The notes under the pieces: generated by a model
Seen by the model: the letters and a program-made list of their open reading frames with translations, nothing else
The model's database searches: none
What the model was told of the DNA's origin: nothing
Made by a program: the position numbers and the translations under genes
In this document: positions 25,928 through 41,178 of the stretch, piece by piece
Layout of the letters: every line of letters starts with the position of its first letter
How positions within the stretch are numbered: the first letter of the stretch is position 1
NCBI GenBank assembly: GCA_002189035.1
Contig: NEEC01000008.1
Span: 1,736,001-1,800,000 of the forward strand
DNA from: Utricularia gibba
Lineage: Eukaryota; Plantae; Magnoliophyta
DNA: 64,000 nt
Direction: 5' to 3'

Positions 25928-28900
25928 CTATTTGATCCTTTGTTCGGATTCACCGTCGAAAAAGTCACTGCATCAGCAACCAAAACATTTTACTACATGG
26001 ATCATACAGTAATTAATCAAGGAGAATGATAAAGTCTTTACTCCACCTATCTGGTGCTTCAGCTTTGGTTATCGGCTTCAGCTCTTTTGATTCCAAGTAT
26101 TCAGTGAAGCTTTTGAGGCGCTTCTCATTGCAGAATTTGTGAAGACGATAAAGGAAATCGTTGAACTGTTTTGGTTCCTGCATTTTCCAATAAGTGTTAG
26201 TCAATCATGGAGAAGATGGCAATGAACACAAGTTGTCGATGGAAAGGAGATGCACCTGTTCCTGAATGCAACCATTACGAAGTGCAACCAAACACTGCAG
26301 TGCTTTTGCATACGTGTCTCCTTCGTACGAGCTCTCCACCAGATCAAAAATCCTATTTTGCATACCACGAATAGCTTTATCAACCCATTTTGGGCTGTCT
26401 CTGCGGGATATCATGGCTTCAAAATCTTGAACAGGATTGATATCTCCTATATCCTCCACTTTAACATGTAATGCATCCTCTGCTTCGTCACCAGACTCAG
26501 AGGGTTTATCTCTTAGAGCTCTTTGGGATGGCTTCTTCAGCTGCATGACTGACCAGGTGAGGATATGCCACAACTGCTGAACAGAAAGAAACACATTTTA
26601 TGACCTTGGGGTTCTGTTTGAGTTCAAAGGCATGCTGAAATTCCTCAATCACATGTCTGTTCTGATGGAGATAATCAGGATCAGGTTCTGTTATCCCTTT
26701 TAGAGTTTCATTAACTGGGGGAATGGGAGCATCCGGTTCCCTATATCTCACCTCAAGAGTGCGGTAAAAGCGCTGGAATTTTCAAGAAAACAAAATTAAG
26801 CTACACAATAAACTCAAGATTAGCCCATTTTGCATGATAATCAGCTCCATGGAATTTTAGGATGCCCATTTGTCTATAAACATAGTTCAAACATGGCTTA
26901 AAGTAGATGCTCAGTACCCAAGCCCATTTCCACATGAAACAATTTTTTAGCAGCTAGTATTACATGTTGAATGATAGTTCTACGTCCCATAGTCCATAAA
27001 AATCACGTACATAAGCTGCAATGTTTTCTTTTGATCAACCAAATAGAGATTCAACGCTCTTGTTACGATGATGAGAGAAAAACGAGGTTTACGAATGGCA
27101 ATGAGAAATCACTAGCATCCAAAATATTTTTACCTCAAGAACAGGATTGGGTGTGAAGATTGGTTGAAGTGCTTCATCTTCTCCCGATGGAGCAAGGTCA
27201 AGCATTTCAACCAGCTTGTCAGTGGCATCTTGCTGTTTCTCATTTGGCAGCATTGACGAAGGCAGATTACTAAAGGATGGGAACTGGAACTCCCTCACAT
27301 CTTCCGCAAAAGGAAGCACGTTGAAATACAGTGAATCTGGCTGCACGTGTAGAGATTTTTGTAGTTGAAAAGGGAAGGCACTAAAATGCGAAACCACATT
27401 TCAGGTATACATAAGGTTTTACTTACAATTTTCTGATTATCAGATATATTAGGAGTAAGGACCCCTACAACAACATTCGCTTGTCCTTGTCTCCAGACAC
27501 AGCGAACAATAGCAACTTTATTTGTCTCCTTCATTGCTCTTGCGAGGGCTGAAAGCGCTTGAATGGCCTTTGCATTTTCGGGCTCAGCAATGAAGATGCT
27601 GACATCTTTCATGTAGTAGTGCCTGGGTGCATTTTGATGGCGTAGCCACGTCATTTATGATCCCAAAATAAAGCAGCACAACGTTCTTAAAGGTCCACAG
27701 ATAAGCACCAACCTCATGACATTTGAAGAATCTGTAAAGCCAAGAAGCTTAACACCCTTCTCTGGTTTGAATTTAACAGCTTCCAACTCAGCAGATGATA
27801 TTGGGACCACTTGAGGACCATATTGATATGCTTTGATCCTTTGTTCAGGAGGCACAACTCTACTAGGAGTTTCAACACTTTTGTACTCAATGCTGACTTT
27901 AGTTTCATGAGTGGCAAATTTATCTGAAGCTGGTGCTTTATCAGAATAGCTCTTCAATGTAGGAAATTTCTCTTCAGCTGTTTTCTTGTAAACCCATACC
28001 TAATTAAAAACATGTAAACACAACACCCACAAAATTTAAAGTAATCAAACTTTATCAAAATGTTGGTTGTATGCAAAAGACATCTCTATTAGATACGTAG
28101 ATATTGCTGTCTCACCTTTATCTTCATTCTTGAGCTTAGCTCAAAATCACCTCTATATGTAGTCACTGGAGATACGTTCCGAGATCCTAGTACACCAAAT
28201 AAAGAAATTGCGCTCTTGACATATATCTTCTTTATAGAAGCATCGCTAGAGAATACACTTAGCAGGAAATCATTCTCTTGAATAATCTCTTTATTCAAAT
28301 GCCAGTCTTGGCTCACCCTGAGGATCAGGCAATCCATCTTCATACCACATTTTCCCATCTTCTCTGCGACAATTTTGACTTGGCTCTCCTTTGTTCCCGT
28401 TGTTGAATCTTTGATGGGGCTAAGAGCATCAGTTATTAGGCATAAGCATTTTTTCCCCTTGTTCGTTTCCCCATACTTCCTTAGTAACATATCGACTCCA
28501 AGCACAATTGCATCAAAAACTTTGATCGAAGTTAAGGCAGAAGTTTCTTGAAGGAAAAGGACACATTCCATGTATAGTCAAAAGATGTGATGCAATGAAG
28601 TAAGACAATGTTCATGAGAGAGAATTCCAAGCAGTAAAATGGATACAGTCTCCATGTACACTTCCTCTTGGAAGATTTTGAAAAATTTCAACAAGGGCAC
28701 CATCGATGACCTTAATTTCGCTCAAAACCATTACATTTTCATATCCTCCAACTTCCGATGTCAAATAATTTGTCACACCTAAAATTTCCATACGATGTAT
28801 GTTCATAGCAGTGACATCAAGTGCAAAGACACCATTGACATTAAAATGGCACATCAACGTTGATGAAAGAAATGCATCCAAAGCTGCATACTTCTCATGG

Positions 28901-29591
28901 ATTAACATCTCCATATAGTGTTTGAGGGGTGTAAAAGAACATCAGAATTCATTACATAAGCCAAGGTGAGTAGCTTTCAGCCTGCAATTTTGAAGCAAGA
29001 AAATAAAACGGAAACGCAGTACCTTCTACTCCAAAAACAATAACTCCTGTTTCATCATACTTGTTGTGTATCAGCTGCATTCATAGAATGATAATTATTG
29101 CAAATTACAGGTTCTCGTTGAGCAATGAAAAAGTGAGAGGGGGCTCCTCCATTGCGCTCAACACTTTTCAATGAGAAGTACACTAGCAGATAGATCCTTT
29201 CACAGATTAAAAGCAAATTTTCCTTCACGCACCTTCTTCTGAACCAACAAAGAGCAAGCTTTTTCCACTTCCGGAAGAACTGAGTGTAGCCTCGGACCAA
29301 CATCAATCAAGAAAACAAGGCTCTCCTGTAAATCAACCACGCATGCAGCGATCATCAACGAGAAAACAAAGGGTTCACGTTGCCCAGCGAATGAAAGAGC
29401 AGACATGACTCTGCTCGTGCAAGATGCCATGTAAAACATAGAAAATACTCCAATACAATCAAAAAGTCCGATTTGAGCGTGAAATCAACAGGAAGTCCTT
29501 TCTTTCAAGAACGCAAAAAAAAAAAAAAAAAAACCTAGAACCTCCACAGGAAGAAGCAGAAATCCGGCAAACTTACCCTATTACGCGCCAT
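25928..29591 (-). CDS. KU80: Ku80 (XRCC5) NHEJ DNA-end-binding subunit, about 12 exons
   Basis: MARN / RESLVFLIDVGP..EVGGYENV..DAIVLG..AYQYGPQVVPIS..KLLGFTD..ALARAMKETNKVAIVRCVWRQGQ..LPFAEDVREFQFPSF..NPVQDFEAM..KALQCLVALRNGCIQEQ / EPKQFNDFL. Confidence 0.95.
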
Positions 29592-30055
29592 TGTACTCAC
29601 AGGAACTGCGAGCGAAGCAATAAACAGGGCAGTTAGCGGAACTTCATAGAAAATACACCGGTTAAGAGCCGTGCGTCCGCAGCATACCACCGGTGTTGTC
29701 ACCGGGAAGTTTTCTTAAATTACATTTCGGTGCCGGGTTACCTCCTCAAGCCGAGCCGGGGTTTGAGGGCATTTCCGGAATTTCAAAAATGCCGGCATGG
29801 GTTTGTCAATTTCATTCGTAACCGTTTTTTTTTTTTTTTTTTTTTTTTGGTCAAGTGCAATAAGGATTTTCATTACAGCAAATCAAATAACCTTCTCCAC
29901 AACAGATTTCGAGGCATCAGCAGTTATTGTTTCACAACGTTCTCCGGAAAGAGAACCGAGCAGCCCACTGGATGGATGTATACCTTACGCTACAGAGGAG
30001 AATAGCAACCTCAGTTCAGCTCTATGGGCGGACACCTTAACACAAAGAACCATGG

Positions 30056-31349
30056 CTAAGTTGAACGTATGTCCAGGGGATCAGCATTTTTGATGATCCA
30101 TGGATGTTCCAAGATCTTCTGAAGAGAAAGCCTTTTCATAGAATCTCTCACAAGAAGCTGCAAAGCAAGCCATACAAGTTCATTCCTAAATGTGTTTAGC
30201 TGCCGGGGAAACGAAGATAACGAGACAAAGTTGAGAAAATCACCCTGCTAATCAGATCCTTGGCTTCTGCTGAAACTTCTGGAGTAGTAGGAAAGACTAA
30301 ATCAACCGAGAGAATCCTAAATCATGTTTTTTTTATTCAAACTAGAGTGTATGGCAAGAGAAACCATAAAGAGTGAAGGAAGCATTTTATTAAAGTTCAC
30401 CTTTTGAAAGTGTCCCTTTGGCTTTCAGCCTCAAATGGAGGCATCCCGTAAAGGAACTCGTAGCAGAGAACACCCAATGTCCAATTATCGACTGCATAAT
30501 CATGTGCCTTGTTTTCCACCATTTCAGGTGCTAGATAGTCCAAAGTTCCACACATGGTTTTCCTCTTGCTTTTCGATTGTACAGACCAGCCAAAGTCTGC
30601 AATTTTAAGACGACCCTGAAAATGGCAGAAAAACGTGTCATCCCTAGGCTATAAATTTAACCAAGATCCAAAAAAGTATGAATTGCATGGAGAGCTCTTA
30701 ACCAGATGATCCAGTAGCAAGTTTTCCGGTTTGATGTCTCTGTGAATCACGTGCTTGTTATGACAATACTCCAGAGCCCTCGTTAGACTCGCAATGTACT
30801 GGTGCATTAAAAGGAAACGAGCATCAAATTCAATTCCGCAATCATTGCAGAAACCCGAACGGCACAACCACAAAACGAGAATAACAATCTCACGGTTGCA
30901 GCTTGTGTTTCAGACAGTTGCCCCTGATTCCGTAGCTCCCGGTAGAGCTCACCGCCATGAGCATACTCCAAGATCATGAAAATCCGCTCAGAATCATGAA
31001 ACCATCCGAACAGCCTCAGAACGTTCGGGTGCCGGAGGTTCATCTGGATATCCATTTCCCTCTTCAGCTGCTGGTGCAATCTATATTTGTCTATCTGCCG
31101 CTTGAAAATCACCTTCAGTGCCACGATATACTTGCTCTAATCCAAAAAAAAAAAAAAAGACACAGTGAGAGTCGAATTCTCTCAATCTCGAAAGCAACAA
31201 GTGACATTAACCTTGACTTCACGGGCGAGATACACACGACCGAATTTGCCCCTGCCCAGGGGTTTCCCGATTTCGAAATCGGAGAGCGACCATTTTTTCT
31301 TAGAGCTCTTCAAGGGTTGCCTCGGAGGTTTCGGAGCGGTTGGCGTCAT
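30056..31349 (-). CDS. AUR3: Aurora kinase, beta group (AUR3-like), 6 exons
   Basis: [26 protein letters not shown] / ..[25 protein letters not shown] / [11 protein letters not shown] / [42 protein letters not shown] / ..[12 protein letters not shown]. Confidence 0.95.
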
Positions 31350-31383
31350 GGAAATTTGGGGAATTAGGGATTCAGCGCAGGGA

Positions 31384-31420
31384 AACGGATGGTCGGCGGA
31401 ACCAGGGAAAAGGAGCCGTT
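31384..31420 (-). promoter_or_regulatory. Two MSA-like (AACGG) cores just upstream of the Aurora start codon
   Basis: AACGG at 31384-31388 and CCGTT at 31416-31420; MSA elements are MYB3R sites of G2/M genes, but a 5-mer is weak evidence. Confidence 0.35.
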
Positions 31421-33399
31421 ACATTTGAAACAACTCCTCCCCTTCATTTCCTTTCACTTTAAAGCTCCCTGTTGTAAGCATGTTTTATAAAGGATAATCC
31501 TATATTATATTTCACACATATTATTATTCTCATTTTCCATTCCCAAAACGAGAAATTAATAATTTTTCAAAATGAAAATTGCAAATTCTCATTCTAAAAA
31601 ATAACACATGAACGTAAAATGAATAATTGTCATGAAAAAAAAAACTCATTTTATTTATCATTTTCATTTTAGTTCATATTCTTATTTTCTGAAAATTTAT
31701 TTTGATAATGTAAGCAAAATATACAAGTAGAAATTTAAAAAGAGCATAAATGAAATGTTTTGTATATAATGTGAACTGAGATTTTAACTATATTCTTTTT
31801 TGAAAATTTGAATTAACATAAATATTATATTTAAGATCTATTTGATGCGGTTTCAAAAAAATGACTTTAAAGAAGTGATTTTAAAAACACTTCAGTTTTT
31901 ATTAAAGCAAAGGTACTTTAGCTTCTAAAAAAATTGAAACATTTTACTGTTTCAGTTTTATGTTAAATATAAGCAACACGTGTTTTGTACAAAAAATATT
32001 TCTAGAATCACATACTCCCATAATCATATCATGAGAAATAATCTATGGTATACATTTTCAATGACATACTCAAATTTCATTCTATATTAAATACTTTCTA
32101 ACCACATATTTTATTTAAAAAATCAAAATTTATCTATTTAAATAAAATATTATCTCATTTTTTATTTGGAATCAAACATATCCTAAATATGAAGATTTGA
32201 CATTTTGCCAAAGTAATTTTGATACCAATAACTTTCAAATATTTGTTGTAATTGTAAACATAATCATCAAACATTAATGATCATCCCACTATTTAAAAAT
32301 CGGATATAAATATCTTTATTATATAAAAATCAAACAAAATCAATCCTAATTATTTACAAAATTGATGTTTTTTATATTCATAAAAATTAGTCCAAACTAC
32401 TTTTATAAATCATTTAATGTAAATAGTGTTCAATGTTTCTAATAACTATGCAACTAGTTTTCAACTATTTAACACTATAATACAAATTTGTATTAGCTTT
32501 TATAATTGTATATATTTTTTGAATATCAACTTGTGTAACTCCATTCATTTCTTTACAACTTGTCTTTTTTAATCAATTTTTCATAAAAAAAACAATGAAT
32601 TTTTTGTTTAATTTTTTGCAAGTTTCAATTGATTTTGAATTGATGACATATAATTATTATGTTTTATTTTTAAATTTAGTAAATAATAATTAATACATTT
32701 GTTATATATCAATATATTTTGTATTGAGGAGTTTAGGTACTGGAATCAACCCTACGCAGCGTGACGTCATTAAGATTTAAAGATCATGATGCGTTGTATT
32801 TATTGCAGCAAAATGCGTTATCCAATCGGAAACATGTCCGAATATCGAGGAAAAAAAGGAGCAGTTCGAATTTGAATTTTTCAAATTATGATGACGTGTC
32901 CGGAGAAAGGACGAAAAGGGAAACTTGTGAGGGGCATTTTTGTTAATATAGGGGAGTGAGATGGAATCGCGAAGGGTAATTTGGTAGTTTCACTCGGGAC
33001 CTTCTTACAGACGGAGGGGCCACGAATCAACGGCTGAGGGAGGCTGTCTGACCCCGCCTCTACAATTTCAATGGTCAGAATCATGGATGATAGAGAAGGG
33101 GAGGGAGGCGGGGTGTCTTTGGGAATTCATGGTTTGGCTTTGATTGCACCAAGCTCCAGTCCAGATTTCTCTCCTCCTCCGGCTTCCTTCCCTCTTGTTT
33201 CGTTTTTCTCTTTTTTTGTGAACTCTTCTGCGTTCCCGGTTTGAACGCAGGGGAGAAAGAGAGACTTACCCCAGCAGATCTCTCTTTTTTTTCCCTGCTT
33301 TCTTTTTCTGGGTTTTCGTTTTTTTTTCCTTTTGTTGGCGGAGAAAGAAGCTTTCCCCTTGATTTCATTTCTGGGTCTTTCGATTTGGGCCGGTAAACA

Positions 33400-35767
<2,368 letters not shown>

Positions 35768-36419
35768 ACTTTCCCAAAGCAGCCTCTGTAAATGCATGTT
35801 CTTCGTGCAAATCCTAATGGTACCATTTTCATCTAAAGGAGATGATGCAACTCCTTTGTCCATTTTTACCTGATGGATGATGTGAGTGAAGTGATGGAAT
35901 TGTGATCCCTCTGCTGTTAGATTAGGAAAATGATTTTTGTATGTTAAGTTCCTAAAGATTTTTCCTGTATCTATATTGTATTATGATAAAATCTTACCCA
36001 AGAACTTCTTTCATGCTGTTTTCAATGATCTCTTTTGAACTACAAATCTGCCGTGATCAGCACAACACGAGAGGTGCATGAAGATTGTACACGTCACAGC
36101 AGGTTACGTTCGAACCCGTGAACACTTGTGCACAGATTCCTAATTGTCTGACAACTCAAGACAACATGGAATATGACAGTCGAAAGGAATGAAAAGGCTA
36201 GTTTTCAGATTTGAACTTTCTGAAAATTCTGGTGTTCGGCAAATTCATTCAAGATGCGTGTAGCTTGATATAATTGGCTTTTCCATCCATTTCACAACGT
36301 GAATAAAGGCATTGTGGATATATTGATTTCAGATAACCAAATCAACTACATTTCTGTTGTACTAGATTCTACTGAGACAAATAAAATACATTCTGTATAC
36401 TCTTTCTCCCTCTAGAGTT

Positions 36420-37371
36420 CTATTCATCTTGCGAGTTCTCTTGTTCTGGTTTTGGCTCCTCAGGGATTTGTGGGTGTTCGAGCTGGCCTTCCATAGCCTC
36501 AGTTGAAGCACTTCTTTTATGAGTTGCAGCCTCAAGCACATGTTGGTAGTTTCCCTTCTCCATGAACAGCTGCTGAAAATGAACCTTGCAGTACAAAATC
36601 CCATCAAGCGCAGCATAGGATGAGTGCGTCAGCGGGCATCCACCATGAGCACACTTGAAGCATGATCTGTGGTATGATTCCCCCTCCATTATCACCTGTT
36701 TGTTTTGTTTTCATCAGAGAATAAGAGAAGCCATGGATCAGAGTCCTGTAAACAAGAGGTTCCATATGTTACAGCTGACCTTTTCCAAAGGGTACACAGT
36801 TTTGTGGCATGCTGCGCATTTATCTTGCGTTCCAGAGAACATTGCCGAGACCTTGCTTGGAGGGGCCTTGCTCTACATGCAGACATCATCAAAATCATTA
36901 TCTGCAGAAAAAAAGCTGCAAAGAACTACCCACCAGAGAGCTTTCCTTTTCGTTCTTGGCTGCATAAGCATCGGAATGAAAACAATCAGTGCACATGGCA
37001 AAACTCAAGATAAGAAAAGAAAATAAAACCAAGGAATAGTAGAAGATTACACGTATGGAAGTTCTTGCTGAAGTTCCCTGATTCCTTGAACAACTGCTCG
37101 AAATGAGGCTTGCAATAGAGAACTCCATCCATGGATGAGTAATTGCTCATCTGCAGCCCAGAGTTGAAACCCAAATCTGACTGAAATGCAATGGTGCTTT
37201 CAAAACCGAGAGCTGACAAGAAGATGACTTTACCACAAGGGTGCCTTTGCAATGGCTGCATTTGAAGCATGATTTGTGATAAGTAGCGCCATCTGCAGAA
37301 AGAAGATCAACGAAATAAACGGTCTTGTCACAAGCCTTGCATTTGTCAAGAGTTCCTGTGAATGCTGACAT
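36420..37371 (-). CDS. PLIM2: Two-LIM-domain protein, PLIM2-like, 5 exons
   Basis: MSAFTGTLDKCKACDKTVYFVDLLSADGATYHKSCFKCSHCKGTLV / MSNYSSMDGVLYCKPHFEQLFKE..FSGTQDKCAACHKTVYPLEK / ..[42 protein letters not shown] with acidic tail. Confidence 0.94.
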
Positions 37372-37724
37372 CTTTCTTTCTAGTCTTTTTCCACGAAAGA
37401 GAGAACTGTTCCCCTCAGCCTTGCCCTTAGTATAAGAAAACTTGTGGACAGGTTTCAGACAAAAACATGGGAGCTTTAATGCTGACCCTACACGTGTCTG
37501 GAGAGGAGATCGACGTCTCCTATCAAGCAATGGACCAGAATCAACAACGTTTTTAGTAGAATCCCAGGGAATAGTACAAGAGACTAATTTCGGACAACTT
37601 TTTTCTTTCCTGATTTAGTACACAACCTTAAATTAGACCGTCAAAACCGGGAGCATTTTTTACTCTTTTTAGTTTTGTGGAACCCTAATAAGCCATGATA
37701 ATTAATTGATGGTGATGATATAGA

Positions 37725-38050
37725 ATCGATTCTGTTTTTATAGTTTTCTAAATTGATTATATTTAATTTTCAAAGATTCTAATCTGTAATTTTTTATAGT
37801 AAAATAAAAAATTCAGTAATTAATTCTAAAAAATATTGAATTTCTATTTTAATGACAAAATAAATGATTATTAAAAAATTATAATATTAATTTTTTTATC
37901 TATTTTAAAAATACATTTATATCATAATATTAAATTATACAATGATTTAATATATTAAACTTTATAATATATAATGTATTTTATTAAATTTTATAACATA
38001 ATTTTATATTATTCTATCTACATAATCTTAGAATTAATTTTATTTTACAT
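37725..38050 (+). repeat. AT-rich dispersed repeat family, copy D; ends approximate
   Basis: Aligns by eye with the reverse complement of copy A and with copies B and C (e.g. ATTCTAT..ACATAATCTTA). Confidence 0.7.
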
Positions 38051-38066
38051 AATATCACGCAAAATT

Positions 38067-39796
38067 TCAAATTAGATAAAAAAAATCTAGATTGTTTTTA
38101 AATTCAAAGCCAAAAGAATTAATGCAATGCAATGCAATAACCAGAAAAAAAATTAAAAAAAAAAAACACCAAGGCCTTCTTCGTCTTTTCGCCTCGTTTG
38201 CCACGTCATCACTGCTGCCAATCTGATTCCCCCGCGCCTTCGTCCTACTGTCTGCAATCGGATTCAGATCCCTCGGAGAGACGTGCACTCGGAGTCCATG
38301 CTTCATGAACAGAGTCAACGACATCCTCTGCTCCACCTTGTGCCCCGGAGCGACGCCCAGTCGGTGCCGGAGCAACACCGCCGCCGCAATCGACTTCATC
38401 TGTAGATACGCCAGGTCCTTCCCGAGGCATATCCGTGGGCCGGCATTGAACGCCACGAATTTGAATGGATCTTGAGCTACTAGCTTGTCCTCTTCGGGGC
38501 TCAACCATCGCTCCGGCCGAAATTCCAGGCAGTCCTCGCCCCACGTGCTCCTCATCCTCCCGGCAGAGTAGATCGAATACGTGATCGAGGATCCTGCGGG
38601 GACGAATGTTCCGTCCGGCAAAACGTCGTTCGCGACAACGTGCTTCGAATCCTCCGGCACCGATGGGTACAACCTCAGAGTCTCTGACAGGGCTGCTTTC
38701 AGGTACACCAGCCGATCGACTTCTTCGAATTTCAGTGGTTGTTCACGCCACGATTTCACATCGCCACCGCGTGAGTCCCGAAGGACCGTGGAGAGTTCTT
38801 GGAGGATCCGCTCCTCCACTCTCGGATTCTGCTTCACCAGCCAGAAGAACCAGCACAGAGCCACCGACGAGGTGTCGCGGCCGGCGAGGATGAAATTGAG
38901 AGCTACGTACTGCAGGAACTGGTCAGAGTAAGATTCCTTCTTTTTCATGAATCTGGAGAGGAGATCGTCGTGTGTATCAGCGCCCTTGACCTGATTCATC
39001 AGCTCTTGCCTCCGTGCACCTATCACACCGGACAAATACTCCTCCACCTGGGCTAAGCTCCGGCTCATGTGAACTTCCATCCCGAGCCGGAACCATTTCT
39101 TCAGCTTCCAGACCACCTCTGGGAAGATGAACCGCTGCAAAGACGCCTCCGTGGCTCGGTCAAACGCCGAAGCGAAGACATTCTCCGGTAGCCCGGGGGA
39201 TAGGGTTTGCGGGTCCTTACCAAAAGTAAGGCCACAGATGTTATCAAATGTCAGCCGGAGCAACAGATCCTGCAAATCCACCGCTTCACCTGCTGCCTGA
39301 GCCGCCTCCAGAATCGGACAAAGCCGCTCCTCTATAGCTCGGTTCACCCACCGCGCCATAGCCTGGCGGAGAGTTCTCGTCGTGAACTCGAGCGCCGCTG
39401 TCTTCCTCTGGAACAGCCAAGTTTCCCCGTCGGAATTGAAAATCCCCTCGCCCAGAAGGTCATGGAACACAGCTTGCCAAGTCGGGCCCTTGGGATAGTT
39501 ATCGAACCTCACCTTGAGAATGTGCTCCAGGTTCCGGGGATCGCTGGTGACCGTCACGAGCCCCTGCTTCCGCGCCAAGAACGGCACTGCGCAAATGCAT
39601 GTCTGGTAAGTTCCGCCGCAGGCTTGAAGGTTATCAGTGATCCAGTCATGGAGGCGATCCGCGTTCTCAATCAGACCAGGGAGACTTCCAAGCAGAGGCC
39701 ACACTCTGGACCCCTGAGAGACTTGGAGATGAAGGTGAACCAGAGCAAATAGCAAGTTACAGCCGTGAACAACAAGAGCGCAAAGGCTAAATCCAT
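38067..39796 (-). CDS. CYP86A: Cytochrome P450 CYP86A fatty-acid omega-hydroxylase, intronless, 1-nt deficit near codon 30
   Basis: ATG at 39796 gives [30 protein letters not shown]; after a frame change [77 protein letters not shown]. Confidence 0.93.
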
Positions 39797-41178
39797 CTAA
39801 CCCACCAAGGTACCCAAAAGATTCGAACTTGCTACATTCAACCTGCAGAAGAGAAGACGACGAAGAGGGGAAAGGGGAAAAACTGAGTCTTGTACGAGAA
39901 GGGGAGCAGAGAAACATTTAAGTAGAGAGGAGGCCAGATTGGTAATGAATGCACCCACAGGATGAAAGCTGACATAATTACAGTTGAAAGATTCAACGAG
40001 CATACAAGTGAAGTGGAATCCCGGAAAAAGACAGTGAAACAGGGTGCTTCTTCTTCTTCTCGTCAAAGTTCACACACCACACCCCTCCAGAAGGGAAGAA
40101 TCATCTGCTGCTGTCCCTGAAGACAACTAATCTCTGCAGAAGAGAGACAGGGGAGGGAAGCAGCATTGAATGAGCAGAAGAAATAAATGAGATTGGTTGA
40201 GACAGCGCAGCGGTGAATATACAAATGCAACAGCCTCAACGCGGGGTGCAGTGATTCTCAACCAAGTTCTGGTCTTTTTTTTAATGCACCAGCATGAGGA
40301 TTGGGATGCATGCCCTGTCGATGGGTAAATGCCTTAAGTGAACAATCCAACAACGAGATTGATGCCCCCCTAAACAATCTTCATCTACCTTGCCTTGATT
40401 TCAGCGTGGGAATTTGGAGCTGACTGACACTCTGTAGAAAAGGGACCCAGTCAAACTTCAGCCTGTCAGATAAGTGGGAAAACAATTCAAGCACAGAGAA
40501 TGGGCGCATGCACTGGTGTGTTATGGTAATTGGTAGCTGCTTTAGTGTTGAGAATTGTTCAAGGGAGAGACAAGAAATGCAAGGGATCATGGAGTTTTTT
40601 AGTGGTTACACGCATTTAATGTGAAGAATGAGCATTTGACCGAGTCCTGCATAGAGTAATAGCCCAACTTCTGGATGGAATATACACCGAATTACAATAT
40701 CCCATATATCAAGTTGACGAGAGATGGAAGGTATCAGAAGATCAGACCTTGAACAATTATGCAGTGAAAATTGCAGGAAATCTTTCTTTACTAGCTTCTG
40801 TACAGGTATCTGGATCCCATCCGTAGAAACAGCAACTGTTTCCATCACCATCAAGAGTCATATTCATCTTCCCCACTCATCTCTTTATCACCCTTAGACA
40901 CTCTGACTTTTCAGACTGGAACGATTTCTTTCTTTAATGCAAATGCATTATTTTGATATGATCATTTCCAAAGGTATCAGTACTCGAACTTGCTTACCTT
41001 CTCAAACTCTTTGGTTACACAACTTCTAGTTTTTTGAAACATGAAATTGCACGGTTTAGTAGTTTAAAAGCAAAAAGGGTCTACATATTTGTGACAACTG
41101 AATATAGGTACAATGCGTTACACAGTGATGCACATGCACAGATATTCTGCTCCTCCTCTGCCTTAGCTTTCACCAAAC

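Noticed and set aside
36108-36117. GTTCGAACCC, Pol III B-box-like (tRNA/SINE)
   Set aside because: No A-box at the proper distance, no cloverleaf, no A-rich tail or target duplication.
39797-39917. N-terminal extension of the 616-aa CYP86A ORF
   Set aside because: It is the wrong frame upstream of the base deficit; the membrane anchor is encoded from ATG 39796.
40606-40854. 82-aa ORF between FRO and CYP86A
   Set aside because: No motif or splice support, length within chance expectation, and it lies in probable FRO 3'/CYP86A upstream sequence.
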